Shown: positions 38,446 through 47,202 of the stretch, piece by piece
How the letters are laid out: each line of letters begins with the position of its first letter
Position numbering within the stretch: the first letter of the stretch is position 1
Assembly (NCBI GenBank): GCA_964348085.1
Contig: CAYGBI010000012.1
Coordinates: 215-64,214, forward strand
Source of the DNA: an uncultured Pseudomonadales bacterium
GTDB lineage: Bacteria > Pseudomonadota > Gammaproteobacteria > Pseudomonadales > Azotimanducaceae
Direction of reading: 5' to 3'
Length of the DNA stretch: 64,000 nt
Made by a program: the position numbers and the translations under genes
The notes under the pieces: model-generated
What the model saw: only the letters and a program-made list of their open reading frames with translations
Databases searched by the model: none
Told to the model about the DNA's origin: nothing

Positions 38446-39600
38446 ATGGCGGCGTTGGACGGTATGCGCATTCTCGACATGACGCAGTGGGAGGCGGGCA
38501 CGTGCTGCACGCAAAGCCTCGCCTTCCTCGGCGCCGACGTGGTGAAAGTGGAGCGCCCCGAAGTAGGCGATCCGGGTAGGGGACGCGCCCGGGGAGAGGT
38601 GCGCGACGCCGAGTACTTCGTCAACTGGAACAGCAACAAACGCAGCATCACCTTGCACTTGGACACCCCGGAAGGCCGCGACTTGCTATTGAAGATGGTG
38701 CCGCACTACGACGTGTTCGTCGAAAACTACGGCCCCGGCGTGGTGGAGAAGCTCGACATCGGCTACGACGTGATGCGCGAAATCCACCCCACCATCATCT
38801 ACGCGCGCATCAAAGGCTTCGGCACCAACGGCCCGTACGCGCACTACAAGTGCATGGATATGGTGGCGCAAGCCGCCGCCGGGGCGTTCTCCATCACCGG
38901 CGAACCAGACGGCCCGCCGATGCGCCCCGGCCCGACCATGGGCGATGCCGGCACCGGTATGCAGGCGGCGCTGGCTATCGCCGCCGCTTGGGCGCAAAAG
39001 CAGCGCGACGGGGTGGGCCAGCTCATTGAACTCTCCATGCAGGAGGCGATGACCTACTACCTGCGCACCGCGGTTTCCCGCACTCGCTTCGGCACCGAGC
39101 CGACGCCGCGCACCGGCAACGGCGACAATCCGTTCGTGTCGCTGTATCCGTGCTTGGGCAACGGCGCCAACGACTACGTGTTCATCATGGCCGTCAACCC
39201 ACGCATGCGGGCGGGCGTATGCCGCGCCATCGGCAAGCCCGACCTACAGGGCGACGCGACGACCGTGCGCCGAGAAATCGAAACGTGGACCCGCACCAAG
39301 AGCAAGCGCGAGGCGATGGCGACGCTCGCCGAAGAGGGCGTTTGCGCCAGCCAAGTCTACGAAACGCACGACCTGTTCACCGACCCGCACTTGCAGGCGC
39401 GGGGCTTCATCCAAGAGGTGAGTCACGCCGAGCACGGCGATGTGCGCTTGCTCGGCTGGCCGGCGCGCATGTCCAAGAGCGCCGTGTCGATGCGCGCCGC
39501 GCCGTTGCTCGGCGAGCATACGGACCAAGTGCTGGCCGAGGATCTCGGATTGACGCCAAGTGCGGTCGAAGCGCTGCGGGAACGCGGCGCCGTCGGTTGA
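38446..39600 (+). CDS. CaiB/BaiF family III CoA-transferase
   Basis: Begins LDGMRILDMTQWEAGTCCTQSLAFLGADVVKVERP. Full-length family III CoA-transferase similarity. Confidence 0.9.
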   Translation: MAALDGMRILDMTQWEAGTCCTQSLAFLGADVVKVERPEVGDPGRGRARGEVRDAEYFVNWNSNKRSITLHLDTPEGRDLLLKMVPHYDVFVENYGPGVVEKLDIGYDVMREIHPTIIYARIKGFGTNGPYAHYKCMDMVAQAAAGAFSITGEPDGPPMRPGPTMGDAGTGMQAALAIAAAWAQKQRDGVGQLIELSMQEAMTYYLRTAVSRTRFGTEPTPRTGNGDNPFVSLYPCLGNGANDYVFIMAVNPRMRAGVCRAIGKPDLQGDATTVRREIETWTRTKSKREAMATLAEEGVCASQVYETHDLFTDPHLQARGFIQEVSHAEHGDVRLLGWPARMSKSAVSMRAAPLLGEHTDQVLAEDLGLTPSAVEALRERGAVG

Positions 39601-39685
39601 GGGTCGGGTTGAGGGTCGGCTGAGAAATGGCGCGCACGGTCGAGTAACGCCGGGAACTCGAGCGCGGGGAGCGCCGAGGGCGTCG

Positions 39686-40717
39686 TTAGTCGAGCGTGCT
39701 ACCGTCCTTCGCCACCACCAGCTTGCCTCGCCCGGGCTCGCCCGCTCTCGCCATCCGTCCGATTACCCATGCGCGTTCCCCTGCGGCGGTCAAGTCCTCG
39801 CAGATCGCTGCGGCGTCGGCCTCCTCCACACACAGCACGAAGCCGACGCCGACGTTGAACGTGCGCAGCATTTCGAGCTCCGCTATTCCGCCGGCTTGCT
39901 GCAGAAACGCGAACGTGGCCGGTCGCCGCCAAGCGTCGAGGTCGATGTGCGCCGCCAACCGGGGCGGGAACATGCGCGGCAGGTTGTCCACGAAGCCGCC
40001 GCCGGTGACGTGACACATGCCCTTCACCCGGTCCAGCACCGAGCGCACCGAACGCACGTAGATTCGCGTGGGGGCCAGCAAGTCGTCGAGCAATTTCCCC
40101 GTCACGCCCCCGCCTTGCGTCGCTAGGATGCGGCGGATCAACGCGTAGCCGTTGGCGTGAGGTCCGCTCGACGCCAAGCCGACGAGGGCGTCGCCAGCTT
40201 TGATGCCATCGCCGGTGACGATGCGCTGCCGCTCCACCACGCCGACGCAGAACCCGGCTAGCTCGTAGTCGCCCGGGCGGTGGAGCCCCGGCAGTTCGGC
40301 GGTTTCGCCGCCGGCCAATGCGCAACCGGCCAGTTCGCAACCGCGCGCGATGCCGGCGATGACCCGCTCGGCGACATCCACGTCCAAGACGCCGGCGGCG
40401 TAGTAATCCAAGAACAACAGCGGCTCGGCGCCCGAGACGAGCACGTCGTTGACGCACATCGCCACCAAGTCTTGCCCGACATCGTCGTGGCGCTGGTGGT
40501 CGATCGCGAGGCGAAGCTTGGTGCCGACGCCGTCGGTACCGGCCACTAGGACGGGCTCGCGATAGCCTTCGGGCAGCGTGCAAAGCGCCGCGAAACCACC
40601 CAAGTCCGAGAGCTGCTCCGGTCGCCGCGTGCGTGCCACCGAGGACGCAATACGTCTCACCAACTCGTTGCCGGCGTCAATGTTCACGCCAGCGTCGCGA
40701 TATGTCAGTCGGCTCAT
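39686..40717 (-). CDS. purM: phosphoribosylformylglycinamidine cyclo-ligase
   Basis: Begins YRDAGVNIDAGN... followed by DGVGTKL. Full-length PurM similarity. Confidence 0.95.
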   Translation of the reverse strand: MSRLTYRDAGVNIDAGNELVRRIASSVARTRRPEQLSDLGGFAALCTLPEGYREPVLVAGTDGVGTKLRLAIDHQRHDDVGQDLVAMCVNDVLVSGAEPLLFLDYYAAGVLDVDVAERVIAGIARGCELAGCALAGGETAELPGLHRPGDYELAGFCVGVVERQRIVTGDGIKAGDALVGLASSGPHANGYALIRRILATQGGGVTGKLLDDLLAPTRIYVRSVRSVLDRVKGMCHVTGGGFVDNLPRMFPPRLAAHIDLDAWRRPATFAFLQQAGGIAELEMLRTFNVGVGFVLCVEEADAAAICEDLTAAGERAWVIGRMARAGEPGRGKLVVAKDGSTLD

Positions 40718-40771
40718 CCCGCCCCCTCGAATAGCTTCACAGTTTAAGCAGCTTCGCCGATTTCATTACAC

Positions 40772-41938
40772 TTGGCCAATGCCGCCAATCGTCTAAGCCC
40801 GATGCTTGTGACGCGCTTGATCCGCCTGTTGACCATCCTCGCCGCCGCCGGCGCTGCCGACGTGGCGGCGGATGTCGTGCCTTGGCTGTACGACATCGAG
40901 GTGCCGGTATCGTCGCAGAGCGCCGTCGAGCGACAGCGCGCCGCTCGTACGGCCTTGGCGGAACTGTTGACGCGCTTGACCGGTTTGCGCGAGTTGCCGC
41001 CGCATCCGGCGGTGAGCGACGCGCTGCGGCTGCCGACGCAGTTCTACTCGCGCTTCGAGTTCGCCCAGCGTCCGCTCGCCCAAGTCGATGACGACGCCGA
41101 GGCTACGCGGGAAGCCGCCGAAACCGTGCTCGTCGTGTCTTTCGATCCGGTCTCCGTGTTGGATTTGCTGCGTGATGCCGAACTACCGATCTGGGCCGCG
41201 GACCGACCCACCATTCTCCTTTGGCTGGCATTGGAAGACCACGGCGAGCGGAGCATCGCATCGGTGACCGCAACCCCTGAACTCGCCGCTGCGCTGGCCG
41301 AACGCGCTCGCCGACGGGGTCTGCAGGTCACGCTGCCGCTCATGGATTTGCAGGATATGCATCTTTCGCCGACAGACATCTTCGGTGGCTTCTTGGAGGC
41401 CGTCCATGTCGCATCGGCGCGCTACGCACCGGACATGCTGCTCGTCGGTCGAGCATCCAAGGGGTCGGACGGCCGCTGGCGCAGCGACTGGCAGCTACAG
41501 ACGTGGCGCACCGCACGGCCCGTGGACCTCTATATAGGCGCCGGCGCGAACATGATCCCGGGCGGCGTGGCTTTCGACGAGCGCTTCGACCACCAAGCGG
41601 AGACGGCCCAGGCCGCTGCGCACGAGGCATTGGACAGCGCCGCCGACACGCTCGCCGCCCGCTTCGCCGTGCGCGGCGACCTGCACGCCATCGCGGTCAC
41701 CGTTAGCGGCGGGCAAACGGTGCGCGGCTATGCGTCGTTGCTGAGATACTTAAACTCCCGCGAGTATATTGAGCGTGTGGAAGTCGCCGCTGTTCGCCCG
41801 GATGCGTTTCTGCTGCGCTTGCATTCGCGTTCGAGTGTCGATCAGTTGCGCGAACTGCTGCCTATGGGCGGGTCGATGAGAGCGGCACCGGCGGACGCCG
41901 GGGGCACGCTTGGTTTTTCTTGGACGGGCGCGAAGTGA
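40772..41938 (+). CDS. DUF2066-domain protein
   Basis: Signal peptide and the LYDIEVPVSSQSAVERQRAARTALAELLTRLTG motif. Lies in the conserved position between purM and hda. Confidence 0.7.
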   Translation: MANAANRLSPMLVTRLIRLLTILAAAGAADVAADVVPWLYDIEVPVSSQSAVERQRAARTALAELLTRLTGLRELPPHPAVSDALRLPTQFYSRFEFAQRPLAQVDDDAEATREAAETVLVVSFDPVSVLDLLRDAELPIWAADRPTILLWLALEDHGERSIASVTATPELAAALAERARRRGLQVTLPLMDLQDMHLSPTDIFGGFLEAVHVASARYAPDMLLVGRASKGSDGRWRSDWQLQTWRTARPVDLYIGAGANMIPGGVAFDERFDHQAETAQAAAHEALDSAADTLAARFAVRGDLHAIAVTVSGGQTVRGYASLLRYLNSREYIERVEVAAVRPDAFLLRLHSRSSVDQLRELLPMGGSMRAAPADAGGTLGFSWTGAK

Positions 41939-42612
41939 ACAACCAGCCGCCACAGCGCGCGAGCGGTACCGCCGACCGGCGGGCCTTTGCCGCGAGCCGT
42001 CGCCAAGCGATCCGCCAGCTACCGAACCTCATCACCATCGTCCGCTTCGTACTGATCTTTCCCGCCGGCTGGTTCTTGTGGCACGGCGCGATCGTCGAAG
42101 CGTTGATCTTGATCGCCATCGCTGGCGTCTCGGACGCCATCGACGGCATTCTCGCGCGCCGCTTCGATTGGCGGACGCGCTTTGGCGCGATCGCCGATCC
42201 AGCCGCCGACAAGCTGTTGGTGCTGGTGGTGTATGTGCTGCTGACCTTGCAGGATCATCTGCCGCTTTGGCTGCTTGTGATCGTTGTCGGCCGCGACTTG
42301 GTCATCGTCGGCGGGGCGCTCGCCTACCGGCAGGTGCTCGGCAACTTCGAGGTGGAACCAACGCTTATCAGTAAGGTGAACACCGCCTTGCAGATCATTA
42401 TGTTGGCGTTGGTGCTCGTCGCCTTGACCCGCTTCGAGCCGGTGGCCGGCATCGCCGCCTTCGTGGATCCCTTCGGCTTCTTCTTGGTCGGCGCGTCCAG
42501 CATCCTCTCGGGAGGTCAATATGTGTTCGTCTGGGGACATCGGGCGCGGTTGCGGCTTCGGGCGCGCCGCTCACCGGAGAGCGATGGCGTGGGCGACGTA
42601 GGCGGCGGGTGA
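41920..42612 (+). CDS. CDP-alcohol phosphatidyltransferase family protein
   Basis: Signature D-x2-DG-x2-AR...G-x3-D-x3-D (SDAIDGILARRFDWRTRFGAIADPAADK). An alternative GTG start at 41935 overlaps the upstream stop. Confidence 0.8.
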   Translation: MDGREVNNQPPQRASGTADRRAFAASRRQAIRQLPNLITIVRFVLIFPAGWFLWHGAIVEALILIAIAGVSDAIDGILARRFDWRTRFGAIADPAADKLLVLVVYVLLTLQDHLPLWLLVIVVGRDLVIVGGALAYRQVLGNFEVEPTLISKVNTALQIIMLALVLVALTRFEPVAGIAAFVDPFGFFLVGASSILSGGQYVFVWGHRARLRLRARRSPESDGVGDVGGG

Positions 42613-42619
42613 TCCAAGG

Positions 42620-43321
42620 ATGGGATCGAAAGTGACCGCGGAACAGATGCCGCTGCCCTTCGAACTGCGGGAACAAGCCACCTTCGACCGTTTCGTGGCC
42701 GGCGCCAACAGCGAATTGCTGGCGCATCTCCGCCAGCGACCGAGCGGTTTCGACTGCCTGTGGCTGGTTGGCGAACGCGGAGTCGGTAAGACGCACCTGT
42801 TGCACGCGCTCTGCCATGAGCAGGCGGCATCGGCTTACGTTCCAGCCGATAGGATTCGCGCCGGTGCGATCGACGCATCCAGCACGACGCTGGACGCCTA
42901 CGACCGGTTTGCAGCCGTTGCCGTTGACGACGTGTCGAGCTGGCTCGGTGACCGTCAAGCCGAGCTCGCCCTCATGGGACTCTACAACCGCTTGCGCGAG
43001 CGCGACGCGCGTTTGGTGATGGCGGCGCGCCGCTCGCCAACGGACATCGATTTCGCGCTCGCCGATTTGGCGTCCCGGTTGCGTGCCGCCGCTTGCTATG
43101 AAGTCATGCCGCTGAACGACTCGGGCAAGCGTCAGTTGCTGCTTGCCGCCGCCAGCGAACGTGGCCTGCACTTGAGCGATGACGTGGCGAGTTTCCTGCT
43201 CGTTCGCGTCAGCCGCGAGCAGCGCGAGTTGATGCGCGTGGTTGAACGCTTGGACCAGTATTCCTTGGCCGCCAAACGGCGCCTCACCATTCCATTCGTC
43301 AAACAAGCACTGTGCCTTTAG
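42620..43321 (+). CDS. hda: DnaA regulatory inactivator Hda
   Basis: 233-aa AAA+ protein (GERGVGKTHLLHA) of Hda-like length, in an Hda-like position next to purM/DUF2066. Confidence 0.85.
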   Translation: MGSKVTAEQMPLPFELREQATFDRFVAGANSELLAHLRQRPSGFDCLWLVGERGVGKTHLLHALCHEQAASAYVPADRIRAGAIDASSTTLDAYDRFAAVAVDDVSSWLGDRQAELALMGLYNRLRERDARLVMAARRSPTDIDFALADLASRLRAAACYEVMPLNDSGKRQLLLAAASERGLHLSDDVASFLLVRVSREQRELMRVVERLDQYSLAAKRRLTIPFVKQALCL

Positions 43322-44409
43322 TCAGCGCGGTGGTGACGGGCGGCGGCACCGCGGGTCATGTGGTGCCGGCGATTCCGGTGATGCTGAGGCTGCGCGAAGG
43401 CGGCTGCCGAGTGGCGTTCGTCGGCGGCGTCGTCGGCCCCGAGCGGGAGTTGGTGACCGCGCTCGCCATCCCCTATCACGCCGTCCAGAGCGGCAAGCTT
43501 CGGCGCTACTTCTCGCTGCGCAACGTCACGGATTGTTTTCGTATCGTGGCCGGCGTATGGCAGGCGTGGCGGCTGCTGGCGCGCCTGCGGCCGCAGGTGG
43601 TGTTCTCGAAAGGGGGCTTCGTTTCGTTTCCGTGCGTCGTTGGCGCGTGGCTGAACCGCATCCCCGTCGTCGCCCATGAATCGGACTTGTCGCCGGGATT
43701 GGCCAATCGACTCGCCAAGCCGTTCATCGCCTCGCTGTGCGTCAACTTCCCGGCGACCGCTGTGGGCCGAGACGACCGAGTGTTGGTCACCGGCACGCCG
43801 CTGCGACGGGAACTCTTGGCCGGCGACGCCCGCCGGGGACGAGTGTCGCTCGGGATCGACGCGACGGCTAGGGAGGACAAGCGCGTGCTGTTGGTGGTGG
43901 GCGGCAGCTTGGGCGCGGCGACGCTGAACCAAGTGGTGCGCGAGGCGCTCGATGAACTGCTCCTCGAGCACGTCGTCGTTCACATTTGCGGCTCGGGCAA
44001 GACGGCCAGCGAACTGGCCGACAAACCCGGCTATGTGCAGCGCGAGTATGTCAACGAAGGATGGGGCGATATAATCGCCGCCGCCGATTTGGTGGTTTCG
44101 CGCGCCGGCGCGAATGCCCTCTACGAGTGGTTGTCGTTGGGCAAGCCGCACCTCTTGGTGCCGTTGCCGGCTTCCGCGAGCCGGGGCGACCAAATCGAGA
44201 ACGCGGCCTATGCGGCCGACAACGGCTGGAGTTTGGTGATTGCCGAACATGAACTGAATGCAACGACATTGGTTGCCGGCATCGCTAAGCTCGCGGCTCT
44301 TTCGCCCGACATTCGTCGCCGACTGAAGACGTTCACCAGCCGCGACAGCACCGCGCTCATCGTCCGCGAACTCGAACGCGCCGCGGTAGTCAAGCAACGA
44401 CACGAGTAG
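43312..44409 (+). CDS. MurG-like glycosyltransferase (GT28 family)
   Basis: N-terminal G-loop TGGGTAGHVVPA, with HESD, GGSLGA and SRAGANALYEWL motifs as in MurG. Located outside any dcw-type cluster. Confidence 0.8.
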   Translation: MPLVSAVVTGGGTAGHVVPAIPVMLRLREGGCRVAFVGGVVGPERELVTALAIPYHAVQSGKLRRYFSLRNVTDCFRIVAGVWQAWRLLARLRPQVVFSKGGFVSFPCVVGAWLNRIPVVAHESDLSPGLANRLAKPFIASLCVNFPATAVGRDDRVLVTGTPLRRELLAGDARRGRVSLGIDATAREDKRVLLVVGGSLGAATLNQVVREALDELLLEHVVVHICGSGKTASELADKPGYVQREYVNEGWGDIIAAADLVVSRAGANALYEWLSLGKPHLLVPLPASASRGDQIENAAYAADNGWSLVIAEHELNATTLVAGIAKLAALSPDIRRRLKTFTSRDSTALIVRELERAAVVKQRHE

Positions 44410-44443
44410 GAGGCGCCGCGGCAACGCGACTAAGCGCAACGAG

Positions 44444-45625
44444 ATGTACAGAGTTAGAACCTTCAACCAAATCGCCGCCAAGGGGCTGGCTCGGTTTCCG
44501 GACCACGGCTTCGAGGTCGGCCCGGATGTGGACTACCCGGATGCCGTTTTGCTGCGCAGCCACCGGCTGACCACTGCCGACTTGGCGGACGGCGTGCGTG
44601 CGGTGGCGCGCGCCGGCGCCGGCGTAAACAACGTGCCGGTGGCCGACTGCACCAAGCGCGGCATCGTCGTTTTCAATACCCCCGGGGCCAACGCCAACTC
44701 GGTGAAGGAACTTGTGCTGGCGGCGTTGCTGCTGTCGTCGCGCGACGTGCTCGGGGGATTCGACTACGTGCGCTCGCTGGCGAGCGTCGCCGACGAGCAC
44801 GAGCTGCACCGCCTAGTGGAGCAGGAGAAGCGCCGCTTCAAGGGGCATGAAGTGGCCGGGCGCGCGTTGGGCATCGTCGGCCTCGGCGCCATTGGCTCTC
44901 GGGTGGCGCGAGCCGCCTTGAATCTAGGCATGGAGGTGTTGGGCTACGACCCGGCCCTGTCGGTGGATGCCGCTTGGCGTTTGCCCAGCGACGTGAAACC
45001 CATGGCGAACTTGCCGACGCTTTTCGCCCGCTCCGACTATGTGACCTTGCACATCCCCGCCATAGCCGAAAACCTCCGCATGGTGGATGCGAAGGCGCTC
45101 GCGCAGTTCAAGCCCGGCGCGGTGCTGCTCAACTTCGCTCGTCAAGAAGTGGTGGACGAGGCGGCGGTGAGAGACGCGCTGACCGCAGGCAAGTTGCGGG
45201 GCTTTTTCGCCGACTTCCCGAGCACCGTGTTGGCTGGCGTCGCCAACGTCCACACCACGCCTCATCTGGGCGCGAGCACTGCGGAAGCCGAGGAGAACTG
45301 CGCGGCGATGGCCGTGGATCAACTGAGCGCCTTCCTGCGCTACGGCAACGTGGCCAATTCCGTCAACTTCCCGGCGGTGACGTTGGAGCCTGCCGGCGGC
45401 TACCGGGTCGGGGTGACCAACATCAATGTCGCCGGCATGTTGGGCCAGCTCATGTCCGTGCTCGCGGACGCCAACATCAACGTGATCGACATGATCAACA
45501 AAAGTCGTGACGGCGTGGCCTACAACCTAATCGACTTGGACACCGCCCCGAGCGAAACGCTGCTCCACCACATGGCGGCAATCCAGGATGTGATGAACGT
45601 GCGGGTGTTCGACCGAATCGAGTGA
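44444..45625 (+). CDS. serA: D-3-phosphoglycerate dehydrogenase with C-terminal ACT domain
   Basis: 2-hydroxyacid dehydrogenase NAD motif GIVGLGAIGSRVA, a catalytic His region, and an ACT-like tail. Confidence 0.85.
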   Translation: MYRVRTFNQIAAKGLARFPDHGFEVGPDVDYPDAVLLRSHRLTTADLADGVRAVARAGAGVNNVPVADCTKRGIVVFNTPGANANSVKELVLAALLLSSRDVLGGFDYVRSLASVADEHELHRLVEQEKRRFKGHEVAGRALGIVGLGAIGSRVARAALNLGMEVLGYDPALSVDAAWRLPSDVKPMANLPTLFARSDYVTLHIPAIAENLRMVDAKALAQFKPGAVLLNFARQEVVDEAAVRDALTAGKLRGFFADFPSTVLAGVANVHTTPHLGASTAEAEENCAAMAVDQLSAFLRYGNVANSVNFPAVTLEPAGGYRVGVTNINVAGMLGQLMSVLADANINVIDMINKSRDGVAYNLIDLDTAPSETLLHHMAAIQDVMNVRVFDRIE

Positions 45626-45646
45626 TCGGGGCCCGCTCGCGTGGGC

Positions 45647-46264
45647 TTACGGCAGCGGAATCTCGCCGGTCTCGAACGGCACGTTCCAACCTCGTTGCAC
45701 TGCCGGACGGTCGGCGATCGCGAGGTACCAACGCCGTAGGTTTGGCAATTTCAGCCAGTCGATGCGGTGCCACGGCCAGCGGGCGATCCACGGCCAAGTG
45801 GCGATGTCGGCGATGGAGAACTCGTCGGCCAAGTACTCTCGATCTTCGAGGCGACGGTCCAAGACGCCGTAGAGCCGCGACGCTTCCGCCGCGTAGCGCG
45901 CTTCGGCATAGGCGCTCTTGCCGGCGTTGAAACGCAGGAAGTGGTTGGCTTGGCCGAGCATCGGGCCGACGCCTCCCATTTGCAGCATCAGCCACTCCAA
46001 GGTCGTCCACTTGTCGGTGCCGCCGAGTTTGCCGGTCTTGTCGGCGAGGTAGAGCAAGATGGCGCCGGATTCCATCAGCGACCGTTCGCCGTCGACGATC
46101 GCGGGGATCTTGTTGTTCGGCGAGATGGCGAGGAAATCCGGGGCGAACTGCTCGTCCTTGCCGATGTTCACGGCGTGCGCTCGATAATCGAGGCCGAGTT
46201 CTTCCAAGGCGATGGAGACCTTGCGCCCATTGGGCGTTGGCCACGTGTAGAGCGCTATGGTCAT
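45647..46264 (-). CDS. glutathione S-transferase family protein (YfcG-like)
   Basis: Begins LYTWPTPNGRKVSIALEELGL...NKIPAIVD..., then ESGAILLYLA. Has the GST N- and C-terminal domains. Confidence 0.9.
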   Translation of the reverse strand: MTIALYTWPTPNGRKVSIALEELGLDYRAHAVNIGKDEQFAPDFLAISPNNKIPAIVDGERSLMESGAILLYLADKTGKLGGTDKWTTLEWLMLQMGGVGPMLGQANHFLRFNAGKSAYAEARYAAEASRLYGVLDRRLEDREYLADEFSIADIATWPWIARWPWHRIDWLKLPNLRRWYLAIADRPAVQRGWNVPFETGEIPLP

Positions 46265-47202
46265 GGCGTATCGTCCTCGTCGGCGGATTCGTCGTCCGAC
46301 GCGCTATCCGCCTCCTCGTCCTGCGCGGGTTCGGCAACCAGATCGGCCAAGGTCACGTCCATCTGCTCGGCCGTATAGGAAGAAATCTCGTAAGCGCCCA
46401 TCACCCGGTCCGAAGTCGCGGCATAGGCATCTTCGTCGTCCGCCCCCGGCAACCGATACAGCGAGAAAGTATGCGCCCCGTCTTCGTCCGTCAACGCGAA
46501 CGTCACGGTTGGCATCGCCGGCAAGGCCGCGTCGCTGACGCCGAGCACGGTAAGGCCGGTAAAGCGGCCAGCCAGCGTCTCCACCTTGCCTTGGTCGAGG
46601 ATCGTGCCGTCGGCCGATGTCCAACCGTCGGCTTCTTCCTTGGTCAACTCGAAGCCGCCTTCCCGACGCAAGGCGGTGAGCGGACGCTTGGCGCGCAGCA
46701 GCGACTTGTCCAGCCAATCGGCTGGCTTCACCCCGGCTTGGTAGTTGGCGAACGTGATTGCGTAGACATCGCCGCCGTCGACATGACGGGCGTGCGTCTT
46801 GCGATAGCCGGGCGAGGTGCCGAGATAGATGTCGGCCACGGTCTCGTCGCCGGCCTTGAGCGTCAAGTGACGCTGGTAGTTGTCCTCGGTTACCTCGAAG
46901 CGTTCCGCAGTGGCGGCGCTAGTGGCCACTGGCCAGCCGCCGGACGCATTGGCGAGCTTTTCTACCACCTCGTCGACCTTGCCGCCGTCCGCCGGCACGT
47001 CGTTCGGCAGCAGCCACTTGTCTTCGGCTTTGACGAGGGTGAGCTCGCCTTCGTCGTCCGCCACCGTGACGGTGTCCACCACGCCGGCGTCGAAGCGCAA
47101 GAACGGCTCCGGCTCCGTCACGCCGCCGGCACGGGCCGCGAGCAACGCGCCGATCAGCGCCAACTGGATTGCCAAGGCGGCGATTAAGGTGTTTCGACTC
47201 AT
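46261..47202 (-). CDS. DUF4340-domain protein with acidic C-terminal tail
   Basis: The ATG at 47202 overlaps the stop of the upstream permease (ATGA). N-terminal TM segment. This is the third gene of the ABC-type (GldA/F/G-like) cluster. Confidence 0.7.
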   Translation of the reverse strand: MSRNTLIAALAIQLALIGALLAARAGGVTEPEPFLRFDAGVVDTVTVADDEGELTLVKAEDKWLLPNDVPADGGKVDEVVEKLANASGGWPVATSAATAERFEVTEDNYQRHLTLKAGDETVADIYLGTSPGYRKTHARHVDGGDVYAITFANYQAGVKPADWLDKSLLRAKRPLTALRREGGFELTKEEADGWTSADGTILDQGKVETLAGRFTGLTVLGVSDAALPAMPTVTFALTDEDGAHTFSLYRLPGADDEDAYAATSDRVMGAYEISSYTAEQMDVTLADLVAEPAQDEEADSASDDESADEDDTP

